Position numbers and translations under genes: made by a program. From the sequence record MZ868638.1: 64,000 bases of DNA. The stretch is one strand, 5' to 3'. Shown in pieces: positions 14,470 to 26,458 of this stretch. The first letter of the stretch is position 1; each line of letters begins with the position of its first letter. Source of the stretch: Escherichia phage vB_EcoM-pEK20. Under the pieces are notes generated by a model. The model did not search any database, was not told where the DNA came from, and saw only the letters and a program-made list of their open reading frames with translations.

Positions 14470-16274
14470 TATGCAATCCTTACCCAACGGTATACAGTTA
14501 TAGATGGCTGAATATTAGTTATAGAACGCGCTGGAACATGAGATCCATTAGTCTTTGCATGGTCTTCACGATATTTAGTGTAAATAGGACCTTCTTCATC
14601 CGGGTCATATTGGCAACCGCCTATAATTACTGTACCATTATCATCAGAAATAAGAACCTTTTCGTCGGTTTGTGTAGCTGGTAAATCAGCATTTTCTAAT
14701 GTGATGGTTGTTACACCAACGGTACCACCTGCGGTATGAGTAGGGTTACCATTGACGTCAAGGTCATTATTATTTAATGCAAAATTAGGATCGGATGCGT
14801 CGTCATTCCAACCTGCTAATACTTTGCCTTGTCCCCAAATTTTCCACAAACCAAAACCTAAATAAGTTGCCGGATTATTAGGGTTAACCGCATTTTCGTA
14901 AATAGTCCCGACAGGATAAATTGTATCAAATATTGCTGAGATAGTCGAGAATTCGCGTTCATACTTAGGAACAGGTTCTACATTAGGCCAACCAATTTTA
15001 TCGAAATCGGTTAATGCAACGTCACCAGTAATTTCAATGTTAGACCCTTGAGAAACATATTTCTCATCAGCGACATCAAGGATTTCGTCCATTTCAAGAA
15101 GAGTTCCTAAATCGTTATTAAACCATGTGATGGTAATAATGTCTTGGTCTTCAAATTGACGGTCAAACAGAATTGCGCTAGGGATATTATCAGTATATTC
15201 AATCGCATAATCTGTATATGATTGAGTCCATGTCCCACCGAGATTAGCGCATGACTCTTCAGAATCAGCATCCACACCTTCACAACGGAAAATAGGAGTT
15301 CCAACAGTACCAGCTAATTCTTGGAGAATACCATTGAAGCGAACTTCTAACGAATTAGGGTTAGGTGGTTCCGTAGGATTAATACCAAATGCTGTAAATG
15401 GAATAGACCGGAACGTACTCAAATCAGTGACGTAAATACTTCCGTCAATAGACTTTTTAGCAGTCAATTTACTATCTAAAATGCGAACTTGGCGACGAGT
15501 ATATGAACTACGCCACTGAGAAACACCATCTAAGAATGTCTCAATTTGTACAGTGTCGCCAACATTACATGGTTGGCGTAATCTAATATTAAATCCATCA
15601 AGTGCAACCAGTTCACCAGGATTAGCGCCTGGAGAACCAAAATCACTGTTATCACTGAATACATCACCATAGTACAATTCGTTGCCACGATGTTTTACGC
15701 GAATGTTGTTAACGTTATAAGAGGTCCCGTTAAAAACATCCATGAAATCGGTCTGACCTTGGGTTTCAACCAGATATTCTCTACGAGCAACATTACTAAT
15801 GTCAGAGCTAACTATTTTATCAATTTGTTTGTTCTTGATGTATTCCCAACGTCCAGGAGCACAATAAACTAATTCTAAATCAGAGAACTGAACGTTAATT
15901 TCTACTGGAGATGAAGAACCTTTAATCGTGTCCCCGTTTGCCGGAATTAAAGTAACAGGGTTAATGTTCCAAGTTGCAAATACGTCACGAGCACGAATAA
16001 CTTTATTATAGTCTGCAATTGTCCCTTTAGGAAGATTTACCGAAACTCGCCCAGAAGTAGTATTAATTGCATAAGATTTACCCCAAGCAGCCTTAAGATT
16101 AAGACCATCAGCCGCATCATAAGTCTTCCATGCACCAGCTGCATAAGGAACTTCACCATCACCTAATTCATAATAGATTTCGTCAAAGTTCTCATTTATT
16201 TTTTCACCACCTCGACGAAGGTAATCGCCTTGTCCGTCATCAACGACGTTACCAATTTTAATATTTTGTTTCAT
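14469..16274 (-). CDS. 10: baseplate wedge subunit and tail pin gp10
   Basis: 601 aa, [44 protein letters not shown]...; T4 gp10 homolog. Confidence 0.93.
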   Translation of the reverse strand: MKQNIKIGNVVDDGQGDYLRRGGEKINENFDEIYYELGDGEVPYAAGAWKTYDAADGLNLKAAWGKSYAINTTSGRVSVNLPKGTIADYNKVIRARDVFATWNINPVTLIPANGDTIKGSSSPVEINVQFSDLELVYCAPGRWEYIKNKQIDKIVSSDISNVARREYLVETQGQTDFMDVFNGTSYNVNNIRVKHRGNELYYGDVFSDNSDFGSPGANPGELVALDGFNIRLRQPCNVGDTVQIETFLDGVSQWRSSYTRRQVRILDSKLTAKKSIDGSIYVTDLSTFRSIPFTAFGINPTEPPNPNSLEVRFNGILQELAGTVGTPIFRCEGVDADSEESCANLGGTWTQSYTDYAIEYTDNIPSAILFDRQFEDQDIITITWFNNDLGTLLEMDEILDVADEKYVSQGSNIEITGDVALTDFDKIGWPNVEPVPKYEREFSTISAIFDTIYPVGTIYENAVNPNNPATYLGFGLWKIWGQGKVLAGWNDDASDPNFALNNNDLDVNGNPTHTAGGTVGVTTITLENADLPATQTDEKVLISDDNGTVIIGGCQYDPDEEGPIYTKYREDHAKTNGSHVPARSITNIQPSITVYRWVRIA

Positions 16275-17146
16275 TATTGAGCGACCCCAATTTTTTGAGT
16301 TGAGATAATTTTAACTGCTGAACGTAATCCAATAATATCGGATGTAATCGTCATAGTAGCAAAGTTGTTAATAATACTAAAGCTAATATTAGCAATCTCG
16401 TCGGTTTCATCTACATTACCAACTCGCATTACTGCAAATTCGGTAGAAAGAACTTCTGAGTTAATTGTATCTATTAGAATATTTATTTCACATGTTTTTA
16501 TTTTTCTACCGTCAGCGGATTGACATGTAACAAGCAATTTAGCCATGTTATAATCTGTGCGATAAAACAGAGGAATAGAAACTGTGTTTCCTGTAAGACT
16601 CCAAGTCCCATCAACAGGAGATTCTTTCTGCCCAAACATGCTATCAGTAGAATAATTCCATACTGAAGTCTGCCCATTAAGTTCAACACAACGAAGAACA
16701 ACATGAGTATAAGGGGTGGAAATAACAAGATTATTAAGAACACCTTTAATCGAACCATCGGTTACTTGGATACTTAAAGGATTGTTAACAGAAATAGACC
16801 CATTAGAGTTTATGAATTCTACAGAGTCACCTAATTCAGGACGGTCAATAATAACAATCACACCACCGTCAGAAGCATCAATATCATGCATAGTGCCTGG
16901 TTTAATAGGAGTTTGATAATCGACCGCCTTTCCTTTTTGATAATAACCTGTGGCATGAATAGTTTGACCTGTAGGTCCGGTTCCATCTGCTACGGCCATT
17001 TTACGTTGATCGCCAAATGCATTGTAAATAGCGTTGATATCGTCATTTATTTTATTACCACCGTCGAATAAGATATCACCTGTTGAGGCATTACCAATTT
17101 CGCCGGTATCGATTAATTGTTTAGGAGTTTGCTTAAAAAATGCCAT
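16274..17146 (-). CDS. 9: baseplate wedge / long tail fiber socket protein gp9
   Basis: 290 aa, MAFFKQTPKQLIDTGEIGNASTGDILFDGGNKIN...; T4 gp9 homolog. Confidence 0.92.
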   Translation of the reverse strand: MAFFKQTPKQLIDTGEIGNASTGDILFDGGNKINDDINAIYNAFGDQRKMAVADGTGPTGQTIHATGYYQKGKAVDYQTPIKPGTMHDIDASDGGVIVIIDRPELGDSVEFINSNGSISVNNPLSIQVTDGSIKGVLNNLVISTPYTHVVLRCVELNGQTSVWNYSTDSMFGQKESPVDGTWSLTGNTVSIPLFYRTDYNMAKLLVTCQSADGRKIKTCEINILIDTINSEVLSTEFAVMRVGNVDETDEIANISFSIINNFATMTITSDIIGLRSAVKIISTQKIGVAQ

Positions 17147-17178
17147 AATTCTGCCTTTTGTTGTCCGATATTATATTC

Positions 17179-17186
17179 TATTTATA
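17179..17186 (-). promoter_or_regulatory. late promoter TATAAATA upstream of gene 9
   Basis: Exact TATAAATA on the minus strand about 33 nt upstream of the gene 9 ATG. Confidence 0.75.
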
Positions 17187-17190
17187 GATA

Positions 17191-17215
17191 CAAAAATGGG
17201 AGCCCGAAGGCTCCC
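17191..17215 (-). terminator. intrinsic terminator after gene 8 (GGGAGCC-UUCG-GGCUCCC followed by AUUUUUG)
   Basis: 7-bp GC-rich stem with UUCG tetraloop followed by a U-run on the minus-strand transcript. Confidence 0.7.
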
Positions 17216-17218
17216 TAA

Positions 17219-18223
17219 TTAAAACATAAACAAAATGTTAATTTCTTCTGTTTGGTCCATTGCCATAATAACAGGTGGTCGGTTTTCCATATAAATCATT
17301 TCACCGGAATGACGTTGCAGGTCTCTAGGGTCGTAATAATCCTTTTCTGCTTTAACATTAGGGTCATTTGGATTTTTCTTAGCTTCTAACGGGTTTGCGA
17401 TAATTGATATCTGTCTAAAACCCTTGTTACCAGGCAAAGCTGCCTCAGGGAAATAAACAGAATCAAAATATGCTTTAAACCGCATCGTATTAGCTTTAAC
17501 ACGGTAAATCAAACCATAGTCATCTTGTTGCCAAGTTAAGTTATTTTCATATCCCCAACGGGTGGGGTCTTCTTTAATTTCTTCCGGCCATGGAACTACA
17601 AGATATTCGTTAGTGCAACGGTTAATTGACACATCAGCAGGAATCTCATAAAGATATTCCCAAATATATCCATCACCGGTTTCGATAACCCCATTAGCAT
17701 CGCCTCTGCCTTCAGGAGGAGACATAGAACGAACAGACGGAGTCCATTTACCACCCAATTTAAGACATTCATCTTTATTATCTAAAGATTCTATTGAACA
17801 GAGCCCTACGTCAGGGACATCTAAACAACGGTAAATTAACCAACCAGCTCCAACTTCTGTCGCGTTGTACGGAGCAGTATTACATGCGACTATATCGTTA
17901 ATTCTAAACGTGTAAGGGTCTGGATATCGCACATCTCCCCAATCACGTCTAGGAATAACAGAATCTAACATTGAAGGTAAAACTTTAACGGTGCCCATCA
18001 TATGGGTCCACATATCAGTAACACCAAGAACAGAATCTGTAGGATAAGGTGGGGCGAAGCCCACCTCATTTTCATTTGACGCCCAAGGCTCTGAACGTCC
18101 AAACGTAATATAAATGGAGTTCTTATCATCTCCGTCCCCAACTGAATTATAAAAATTCAGCATTTTCTCTGTTCTAAATTTTGATGTAACTATTGCACGA
18201 TAGATAACACTTGAATCATTCAT
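17219..18223 (-). CDS. 8: baseplate wedge subunit gp8
   Basis: 334 aa, same length as T4 gp8. Confidence 0.9.
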   Translation of the reverse strand: MNDSSVIYRAIVTSKFRTEKMLNFYNSVGDGDDKNSIYITFGRSEPWASNENEVGFAPPYPTDSVLGVTDMWTHMMGTVKVLPSMLDSVIPRRDWGDVRYPDPYTFRINDIVACNTAPYNATEVGAGWLIYRCLDVPDVGLCSIESLDNKDECLKLGGKWTPSVRSMSPPEGRGDANGVIETGDGYIWEYLYEIPADVSINRCTNEYLVVPWPEEIKEDPTRWGYENNLTWQQDDYGLIYRVKANTMRFKAYFDSVYFPEAALPGNKGFRQISIIANPLEAKKNPNDPNVKAEKDYYDPRDLQRHSGEMIYMENRPPVIMAMDQTEEINILFMF

Positions 18224-21200
18224 CTAATTTAACCTGTGGTGGATTCACGGGGTCTCTTGGATTTCCTACATTATCGATTAACCGTTGTTCAACCAAATCT
18301 CTAAATCTAGAGAATGTTGTTCCGGACGCATCAAATAATGGGCTCATCAGTTTACGTCGTTCCGATGGAAGTTGACCTTGAAATATGGAGTTATTGTTTT
18401 CAGCGTTATAATCTTCAGGCAATGGATAATCTTGTCCAGCCATAGGGCCTATTTCATATATCGCTTTACCTGTAATAGGGTCAAACTCAACATTTCCTTG
18501 TGGGTCTAATTTAGCCACTCGGTCTGCATATTTAGTCGGTAATCCAGAATCCCACTTATAGTTTTTGTATTTATTAATAATGGTTTCAACATGTTTAAGT
18601 GTTAATCCAGTGTTAATAAACATTGTGAGAAGGGTAATTGCGATAAATCCAAATCCGACCGGATGAACAAAACGTAATACATCCGATTTCCAACGAGATG
18701 ATGGAAGTTTAGATTTAATCTTCATTACGTAGTATGCTCTACCACGATTTATGTAATCGATGTTGTTCTGAGAAAGCTCTTTACCTTTAATACCACGAAC
18801 AATTTCACCTTCAAAACCAGGGAGTCTTTCAGCTTTAACTTCCTGTCCTTGGATTAAACGACCTAATAGGTTGTGAATTGTTACGGTCCATTGTAATTTA
18901 CCTTTAGAGTAACTTCTCTCGATATACGTCACATTACAACGTCCTGTCGCGGTGTATATGGTCTGTCCGACCAAATCTTCTGTCAACGAATCAGATTCAA
19001 TGATGATATCATATTCAGTCCCGGAACTAGATTCAATTTCAATTTCAACATCTTCGTTATAAAGCACTTTAAACAAGAATTTATATGATGCTTCAGTTCC
19101 TTTAGTTGAATAGAAGTCATAACTTCTTGATTCAAAGAAACGAGACACTAAATCGCGTTTTTCGGCGTTTAAGTAAATGTTTCGTTTATAAATCTCAGAC
19201 CATAAGTATTCCCACGCATGTTCTTCTCGCGGATATTGATTTTTAATAAGATTCAAAAGGTTGTTATAATGGGTCCCATAACCGTCAGAAAGATACTGAA
19301 TATAAGCCTCGCAGAATGCTTCGAAGTTTGTATTATCTAAAAGATAAGACTCTGGCATCATTGTAGTGAGCAATGGACGTAAATCTGGGTCTGCAATACC
19401 GTTCTCTTCTACAGGAGTCCATGTGGTATCTTTTTCTTGGTTTTGTAACGATGCTGTTAAGAATATATTAGTAGGCTTCCAAATTATAGAAACATTATCT
19501 CTAACACGATAACTAAAATCATAATAAGAAATAATCTCACCTGATGCTTTATAGAAAATCATGCCGGATGCATATTTTTTAAATCCGGTGAAATCTACGT
19601 TAGGCATCACTATTGTACAGTCGCCATCCTTCCAATATTCATGAACTTCTCGATCTGAAGAACTAAGCGGACGATTCTCAATAACTTTAGTGTAAAGTAA
19701 ATCAGAATAAATTACAACGGCCTTGTCTGAGTTATTAATCCAACAACGAGTACCAGACTTTCTAGAATAACTAAAGAATGGCTCAGCATAGTATTCCATT
19801 GGTTGGGGAGTGAACGATTCCCATTGAGAGTCTTCAGTTGAAATAAATGCCATCATATGATAATGTTTATCAGCCAGCCATTCACGAGGATACTCATATT
19901 TAACAGCACCGATTAAACCATACTTGACTTGTGTTTTTGGGTCACCAACAATATCCGATTCTAGAAATTTAAAATTACTAGATGAAATAGATAACTCAAC
20001 ACCATCAGTAGACATACTGGTGTACCCTGGTTCAATACGGCGACGTTCTTCTTCAGTATTACCAAACACACGTTTAAATGTGCCAGCATCATGGTCTAGA
20101 ACGTAAACACCTTTATCAGCAGAATCAACAATAGGAGTGGTCCTCGGGTCATCGTTAAGATTAACAACTTCACCGATAATCAGTGCAAATATTTTACCAC
20201 CGACAGAATCCATTTTATAGCAAACTGCCTTAGGGTTACCTGTGATGTTAAATGTTTCTTGTTCAAACAAACGTTCGGAATATGTCGGAGATAACGGGTC
20301 TGAATCAATAGGGGCATTACTAGTTTTAATAAACCGAACTTTATCTCGAGCAGCAACATATACGTAATCGTCATTGCAAACGATAGCTTCTGCAATACGT
20401 GATACGTTAGCAGGTAATGATGCGTAGTTACCAAATATTTCTACATCAAATCCTAAATTTAACTGGTCACCAATTTTAGCAAATGTTATATCTTGAGAAC
20501 TAAATCTCACATCATCAGCAGACCAACGAACGTCAGTTGATTTACGGCCGTAAAATAATTTATCATACCCAAGAACATACGTGGTATAATCTGTCTGGTA
20601 ATACACTGTTCTTGATACAGGGTACCCTACACGGTCATTAAACAATTTAACCGATTTCCAGGTTTGTCCCTTATCATTAGAGACTTTAACCACAGGCTGA
20701 TACCGTTCAAACAAATAAAGAATTCCTTCGGATTCCATCAAATAAACACGGTTTATATCATGACACACCTGTTGAATCGAACCTTGAATTTCATGATACT
20801 CATTTTCGCCAATAATGAAATTTTTAATAGATGAAATATCCGCATAAGCAGGGCTAAATTGGAATGATTCATTCATTAGAGCTGCCATTATAGTGTCTTT
20901 ATTAAAATCGACATAAGCCGTGTTGTTATTTGTAAATTTTTCTCTAATAAAAGTGTTAGCCAATTGCATTTCAATCATATGTTGAAATGTATACGCGTTA
21001 GTCTGAAATGATTCAAATATTTCGGTATATACCCAATCAGATCTCTCGAAGCCTTCGGCGGCAGTTGATACACGAATAATATAAGAAGTTAATGGGTCTA
21101 AGCTACTTTCGAACCAGTTGCTATTAGGAGTATATCCTAAATTTATCCATCTGTAGCTGGCAGGTGGAATTATTTCCCCATCCGCCGTTTTAGTCTCAGC

Positions 21201-21314
21201 GATTTCTACGAAATAGTAGAAATTAGCACCAACGTCATCCCAGCGTATTTGAACTTGGTTAGCGGACAACTTGGATATTCTGAGACTTGTGACTGCTGGC
21301 GCTTTTACTGTCAT
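18216..21314 (-). CDS. 7: baseplate wedge initiator gp7
   Basis: 1032 aa, identical length to T4 gp7. Confidence 0.92.
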   Translation of the reverse strand: MTVKAPAVTSLRISKLSANQVQIRWDDVGANFYYFVEIAETKTADGEIIPPASYRWINLGYTPNSNWFESSLDPLTSYIIRVSTAAEGFERSDWVYTEIFESFQTNAYTFQHMIEMQLANTFIREKFTNNNTAYVDFNKDTIMAALMNESFQFSPAYADISSIKNFIIGENEYHEIQGSIQQVCHDINRVYLMESEGILYLFERYQPVVKVSNDKGQTWKSVKLFNDRVGYPVSRTVYYQTDYTTYVLGYDKLFYGRKSTDVRWSADDVRFSSQDITFAKIGDQLNLGFDVEIFGNYASLPANVSRIAEAIVCNDDYVYVAARDKVRFIKTSNAPIDSDPLSPTYSERLFEQETFNITGNPKAVCYKMDSVGGKIFALIIGEVVNLNDDPRTTPIVDSADKGVYVLDHDAGTFKRVFGNTEEERRRIEPGYTSMSTDGVELSISSSNFKFLESDIVGDPKTQVKYGLIGAVKYEYPREWLADKHYHMMAFISTEDSQWESFTPQPMEYYAEPFFSYSRKSGTRCWINNSDKAVVIYSDLLYTKVIENRPLSSSDREVHEYWKDGDCTIVMPNVDFTGFKKYASGMIFYKASGEIISYYDFSYRVRDNVSIIWKPTNIFLTASLQNQEKDTTWTPVEENGIADPDLRPLLTTMMPESYLLDNTNFEAFCEAYIQYLSDGYGTHYNNLLNLIKNQYPREEHAWEYLWSEIYKRNIYLNAEKRDLVSRFFESRSYDFYSTKGTEASYKFLFKVLYNEDVEIEIESSSGTEYDIIIESDSLTEDLVGQTIYTATGRCNVTYIERSYSKGKLQWTVTIHNLLGRLIQGQEVKAERLPGFEGEIVRGIKGKELSQNNIDYINRGRAYYVMKIKSKLPSSRWKSDVLRFVHPVGFGFIAITLLTMFINTGLTLKHVETIINKYKNYKWDSGLPTKYADRVAKLDPQGNVEFDPITGKAIYEIGPMAGQDYPLPEDYNAENNNSIFQGQLPSERRKLMSPLFDASGTTFSRFRDLVEQRLIDNVGNPRDPVNPPQVKLDE

Positions 21315-23284
21315 TGTGAAATAGGCTCCAAATCTATAGTTAAGTACTGAGGACGTAAGTCATTTTCGAATACGATTAAAGAACCATCCTTTGTAAAAAT
21401 AATATCATCTGCAGGGTCGGAATAAAGTTCAATTGTTTGAACTTCAAAACGGTCTGAAGTGAGGTCAATTTTAGCAATGTTCCAATAAATCGAATCGGCA
21501 GGATAATTCACTTCACCGATTGAATAGTATTTGTTTCGTCCGTCAGTAACAGTAAGTTTATTAAAATCATTACCTGTATAAGGTTGTATATTTTCGTTTT
21601 CAACAACATCACCGTCTGCAAATGGACCAATAATAACTTGACCTATGCCACGGTCATTACGGTCAGAAGATACTATGCGAACACCGTATTTAATAGTTTC
21701 GTTTGCATTTTCTGGATTAGGTCTGTGTGAATCAAACGAGAATATATTAGATTCCATCGATCTATCTTTAATCTGATTATTGTATTTAATACCGGCCTCA
21801 GGCGTTTTATAGAAGTTTTGTACTTCGCGAACCATTTGAATAGTAGCTGAAGAACCAATAATAGAAATATCTGCATCATCGACATAAGTTAGCATTTTAG
21901 ATTTTGCAAACGATGAGTTAAAAATTTCTACATCTTCAATATAATAACGGTCTATTTTATTAATAATCTGCCCTTCAAGATATTGTTCTGATTCCTGGAG
22001 TTTATTCAACGCGTACGTAACTTTGATATTCATTTTGATAAACAAATAATCAGGCGAAATAACAACAGGTGTAATAGTCCCTAAGTTATAATCATTTAAA
22101 TAGTTTTTGATATCATCACGTTGAACAGAAGTCAAATACAATCCAGATTTAGGCTTAGCAGCAATATATGCGTACCCTGGTTTAGATGAATCTGTGAATG
22201 TTTGAACCGCTTGAATAATAGAACCAAACCGCTCAGAGACGAATGTGTCATAGTCGGAAGCGGTTACACAACGTTGTTGAGTTTCGCGTTTAATTGTGCC
22301 TAATTCGCGGATACGTTCAATATCTTCAGGGTCACCACCGCCGTCGGCCCCAACAAAGTCTGGGTTATTGCTAGGGTTCTCGTTAATATCGATTACCGTG
22401 ATATTAGCTAATGTATCAGCATAAGAAAATCCTACAGCACCGTTAGCATCTGCGCCATTAGTAGAAATATACTCAATTACGATTTTAGAACCCTGAACAG
22501 GTTTAAGGCCACCAATATAGTTAGACGTTAACGCACCTTCTGACGTGTTAATAGAGATTTCGCCTTCACCAAAATAAAATTCGGTGTTCCCATCAACTGT
22601 TTCACGCATATAATAGATCGTTGACGTAGAACCAGCGTGAACCATCGACTTACGTGTCCAGTTAATCCATTCTGCTCCATCAACATACAACTTAACTAAA
22701 TTACGGTCAATGTTCTTATCACGAATAATGATAGGTTTTAATTTATCAAATGTTAATTCAGTACGAACAATACGTCCCTGAGCTAATCGAAGACGTGGGA
22801 AATATTGGTTATTTTTGTCTTTAACTACAATGACATCTTCAGTAGAAACAAAGTTATACGGGTTAACAGAAGTATCTTTAGCGTATGCTAAGAAACGAGT
22901 GCCACGCGGAATGGTGATATAGTTTCTATTTAATGCATCCGTACATGTGAGCATAATTTCTGTTTGTGCTGCTGATTTAGATGAAGGCAGATATCCGTTA
23001 TCTTGAGCCGCTTGTACAACAGAACTACGCAAGTTTGCAGTACGCATAAAACTTTCATACACTGCACTATTACTGAACTGTTGGATGTAAAGAGTGTTAT
23101 ATGCTAAAAGGTCGCACAATACGTTTAAGCGTGAACCTTCAAAATCATAATCAAGAAATTCATTCTGCCCATTGAGCCATTCAATAATGTTCTGTTTGAT
23201 TTCGGCAAATGTGCCCCCGATAAAAATCTCGGGAATAGCATTCGCTGTTCGGGTTAATTGATAATTTACAGGAGTGTTTGCCAT
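21311..23284 (-). CDS. 6: baseplate wedge subunit gp6
   Basis: Start set at MANTPVNYQLTRTANAIPEIF (T4 gp6 N-terminus), 19 codons inside the track ORF. Confidence 0.9.
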   Translation of the reverse strand: MANTPVNYQLTRTANAIPEIFIGGTFAEIKQNIIEWLNGQNEFLDYDFEGSRLNVLCDLLAYNTLYIQQFSNSAVYESFMRTANLRSSVVQAAQDNGYLPSSKSAAQTEIMLTCTDALNRNYITIPRGTRFLAYAKDTSVNPYNFVSTEDVIVVKDKNNQYFPRLRLAQGRIVRTELTFDKLKPIIIRDKNIDRNLVKLYVDGAEWINWTRKSMVHAGSTSTIYYMRETVDGNTEFYFGEGEISINTSEGALTSNYIGGLKPVQGSKIVIEYISTNGADANGAVGFSYADTLANITVIDINENPSNNPDFVGADGGGDPEDIERIRELGTIKRETQQRCVTASDYDTFVSERFGSIIQAVQTFTDSSKPGYAYIAAKPKSGLYLTSVQRDDIKNYLNDYNLGTITPVVISPDYLFIKMNIKVTYALNKLQESEQYLEGQIINKIDRYYIEDVEIFNSSFAKSKMLTYVDDADISIIGSSATIQMVREVQNFYKTPEAGIKYNNQIKDRSMESNIFSFDSHRPNPENANETIKYGVRIVSSDRNDRGIGQVIIGPFADGDVVENENIQPYTGNDFNKLTVTDGRNKYYSIGEVNYPADSIYWNIAKIDLTSDRFEVQTIELYSDPADDIIFTKDGSLIVFENDLRPQYLTIDLEPISQ

Positions 23285-23292
23285 TTTAATTC

Positions 23293-23586
23293 CTATTTTA
23301 TAAAGACTTTTGACGAGGCCTGAGAAACAGTATCCCCGCATGAAATTGGGTCAGCCATTTGAACAGCCTTTTTACCGGTGACGTATACTTTAGATGTACG
23401 AGGTTCAGTAACACCTCCATGAGTCTCGTATGGTTTTTTAATTTCTGTATGGGGTGTTATTTGGTCTCCTGCCACAAGAACAGGAATACCGCCGGTGAAT
23501 ACTTTAGATTGGGAAGCATTTATTACAGTAGGAGGCCATGCTTCATGACCTGTTGTAACGCACTTGTCGTAACTTAAGCCTGACAT
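23293..23586 (-). CDS. 5.4: PAAR-repeat tail-spike tip protein gp5.4
   Basis: Start at [17 protein letters not shown] gives 97 aa (T4 gp5.4 length); the ORF track extends it upstream with a TTG. Confidence 0.8.
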   Translation of the reverse strand: MSGLSYDKCVTTGHEAWPPTVINASQSKVFTGGIPVLVAGDQITPHTEIKKPYETHGGVTEPRTSKVYVTGKKAVQMADPISCGDTVSQASSKVFIK

Positions 23587-23588
23587 TT

Positions 23589-24104
23589 TCACGGCCTCAC
23601 ATAAACATAGTTTCGTAATTGATGAGCCCATTTGCTCCAATTTCCTACTATAGTTTTTGTATAAACCTTAGTAAGAGTTTTTTGTACTGGAGCCGGTGGA
23701 GGTTCTGTACCAGAGTCACTTCTAGAACCGCCTGATGAACTTTCTTCTTGGTAGTTATAAATCATTTCAACCGTATAACTAAACACTTTACGAAGATTCT
23801 GAGGAGCTCTCCACAAATATAACTGTGTAGATTCATCTTTTGGTAAATCATCCCATGAAGATGCGGTTTCAAAATCATCATTTAATCGGTATTTCAATGC
23901 ATCTGAAGAAAAGCTAAACACACTTTCATATGTTCCATATAAACGGTTACCATCCACCGTAATGCCTTGTGTCGGTTCATAATCTGTTATATTTATTGAC
24001 ACTAAAGTTTCGGTTGTTTCTAACTGTGGAGTAAAAAGGACGTCAATAGACGCCCCTTCCATGTCTTCTCCTAAGTCGGTATTTAAAGGAAGTATTTGTG
24101 CCAT
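23589..24104 (-). CDS. 5.1: gp5.1-like conserved protein between genes 5 and 5.4
   Basis: 171-aa ORF in the position of T4 5.1; function unknown. Confidence 0.6.
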   Translation of the reverse strand: MAQILPLNTDLGEDMEGASIDVLFTPQLETTETLVSINITDYEPTQGITVDGNRLYGTYESVFSFSSDALKYRLNDDFETASSWDDLPKDESTQLYLWRAPQNLRKVFSYTVEMIYNYQEESSSGGSRSDSGTEPPPAPVQKTLTKVYTKTIVGNWSKWAHQLRNYVYVRP

Positions 24105-24107
24105 ATA

Positions 24108-25841
24108 TTACCCAATATCAATACGAGATCCGTCAACAGTGTATTGTCCTGAAGCTACTGAGCTCATTGTAGACATTGTTTCTGCCCAATCACCGGCAAC
24201 AGTCATATCAACATTACCATTAACAGTCCATTTAACGTTTCCGTTGACGGTGTAATCATGATTCCCTTCGACCTGAGTTTTAGCATCACCTTTAACAAGA
24301 ATATCTGCATTTCCGTCAACAACTATTTTGATATTACCCTTAACGTAAAGAGTTCCATCGCCTTCAACAGTTTTAGATTGGTTACCACGAATAAAGATCG
24401 TGTCATTGCCGTCTATTTGATGGAGGCGGTCTGCCATGTTATAATATATTTCATTAGCGCCAACGTTAACAAGCTTATCGCCAGAAATCAAGAAGTTCCC
24501 GTCGCCATTAGTGATGTCAAAAAGGTCTTCTACAGTTTTACGAGTACGACGCCCAGACGGAGAAACTTCCTCATATGACCCTGTTGGATGAACTAAGCGA
24601 TAACGTTCATTACCTGGAGTATCGTCAAATTCTTGGATATGACCACTTTCTGTTTCCATAGCATGAACATATGGGTACTCGCCACGATAACTTGATTCCG
24701 GTTCTTTAAAAAGGATGCGCGAATCTAATGGAACAGGAGGACCAGCCGGGTCTTCTGGATCGGTATTTCTAGTAACTAAATCGGCACCAACTCCTGGTGA
24801 AGGCGGTGTTTTAACAGGAACACCGTATGATTCCATGTTACCGGTTAAAATAATTGTTGTTACACGTGAAGCGCGTCCTTTAGTCTGTTGGAACCATAAT
24901 GAATCGCGTCCAGATTTGTATGCAGTTTTCCAATCGCCTGTGGCCATTGCTTTAAGCATAGTATTGAATTTTGCTACACCACCAACGCCCATTTGGAAGC
25001 ACATGTTTTCTAATGCCATTTGGCGTGATCTGTTCATTTTAGCATAAACAGGACCTACTTTAGAATTAGAACGAATGTCTTTCTGCATCTTAGCAAGGTC
25101 CTTCTCAAATAACGCTGTTGCTTCTTCTAATGTAATAGTCCCGGGATTTCCTGTTACTTCACGCCCTACTTGATCAGATAACAATTTATTAATTCGAGAC
25201 ATATCTCGGGTCTTTTCCATTACGATAAGGTGTCCAATACCTACTGTAGGATATCCGAGATGGTCCCAATACACTTTATCACGAAGACCTTCGTCACGAC
25301 GTAACATTTCTGTTATTGTAAAATTAGGGTCATCATCTTCTGGAATATTTGCTAAATCTGTATCGTCTGGGTTTATACCATAATCCAAGTTGTTATCTTG
25401 AATTACGTTAGAGTTCGAATAATAACCAGCTTCACCACCTTGGTTTAGTACGTTCGTATCATTACCTAAACGTCGCGGATACTGGCCTGTCGGGTCTGAA
25501 AAACCTTCAAGTCTATTAGGCTTTTCACGTACTATTCCGCCGTATGTACCAAGTACAATCCCGTTTGTTTTCCATTTGTCTAAGAAATGACCATATACTC
25601 GAGTTCCTTCAACAGGACCTGTAACAGAACCACCAATACCTGACATTGATGCAGACGTAATAGGTTGAATAACAGTCATCCATGGAAGTTTTTCTGTAGG
25701 AATACCTTGTACATCACCTTGTGTTCTCTGCGCTGGATGAAGACCAACGACTCGAACTCTAACTCGCCCTTGTTTTAACGGGTCCATTCTGTCCTCGACA
25801 ACACCCACGAACCAATTAAGGCTACTGCTAATCATTTCCAT
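24108..25841 (-). CDS. 5: baseplate hub subunit and tail lysozyme gp5
   Basis: 577 aa; lysozyme domain (GLRDKVYWDHLGYPTVGIGHL) and C-terminal VxGxxxxxV beta-helix repeats. Confidence 0.95.
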   Translation of the reverse strand: MEMISSSLNWFVGVVEDRMDPLKQGRVRVRVVGLHPAQRTQGDVQGIPTEKLPWMTVIQPITSASMSGIGGSVTGPVEGTRVYGHFLDKWKTNGIVLGTYGGIVREKPNRLEGFSDPTGQYPRRLGNDTNVLNQGGEAGYYSNSNVIQDNNLDYGINPDDTDLANIPEDDDPNFTITEMLRRDEGLRDKVYWDHLGYPTVGIGHLIVMEKTRDMSRINKLLSDQVGREVTGNPGTITLEEATALFEKDLAKMQKDIRSNSKVGPVYAKMNRSRQMALENMCFQMGVGGVAKFNTMLKAMATGDWKTAYKSGRDSLWFQQTKGRASRVTTIILTGNMESYGVPVKTPPSPGVGADLVTRNTDPEDPAGPPVPLDSRILFKEPESSYRGEYPYVHAMETESGHIQEFDDTPGNERYRLVHPTGSYEEVSPSGRRTRKTVEDLFDITNGDGNFLISGDKLVNVGANEIYYNMADRLHQIDGNDTIFIRGNQSKTVEGDGTLYVKGNIKIVVDGNADILVKGDAKTQVEGNHDYTVNGNVKWTVNGNVDMTVAGDWAETMSTMSSVASGQYTVDGSRIDIG

Positions 25842-26416
25842 TATGCAATCTCCATCTCACGAATCAAATCTGTGATAAACGAGTTTATATCTTCTTTTGC
25901 AACAATTTTTATTTTACGAAGTTTTTCATTATCTAATACTGCCGCTTCATAAGTATCTACTGCAGCTAAAGGTCCTTTATATTGCGGATACTTACGAGCT
26001 TCATCACCTTTATCGTACCACACTAAAGGCTCGTCCGGATATGAAACCAAATTGTAAAATTTCTCACGGTTCTCGTTAATATGATAAAGAATTTGGTCAC
26101 CGCCAGCATTAGCATATTTCTGAATAGAAGCTTGATACGCTGCTTCCTGAGATGTAATCCAACCATAATACGGATCATAGTTGTCATTACACATCAAAAG
26201 GACCCAGTATAATTGAGGGTTGCCATAAATGATATTCGCTAGTTCTTCAGGACGCGGAGAGCCTTTAATGTAATAAGAACGTAATCTATAATTGGCAGCA
26301 ACACGCTTAAAGTACTCTTTATAGTTACGAAATATGTCTGTCATAGGAATAGTAGGTGCATTCTTATTAACTGTTTTAGCACTATATCCTATTGGGTCGA
26401 AGAATGTAAATAACAA
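25841..26416 (-). CDS. 53: baseplate wedge subunit gp53
   Basis: 191 aa; position between 5 and 4 as in T4. Confidence 0.88.
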   Translation of the reverse strand: MLFTFFDPIGYSAKTVNKNAPTIPMTDIFRNYKEYFKRVAANYRLRSYYIKGSPRPEELANIIYGNPQLYWVLLMCNDNYDPYYGWITSQEAAYQASIQKYANAGGDQILYHINENREKFYNLVSYPDEPLVWYDKGDEARKYPQYKGPLAAVDTYEAAVLDNEKLRKIKIVAKEDINSFITDLIREMEIA

Positions 26417-26443
26417 GATAGTCTCCTTCCAATATGAAATTGG

Positions 26444-26451
26444 TATAAATA
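26444..26451 (+). promoter_or_regulatory. late promoter TATAAATA for gene 4
   Basis: Exact TATAAATA on the plus strand 27 nt upstream of the gene 4 ATG. Confidence 0.7.
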
Positions 26452-26458
26452 ATAATAC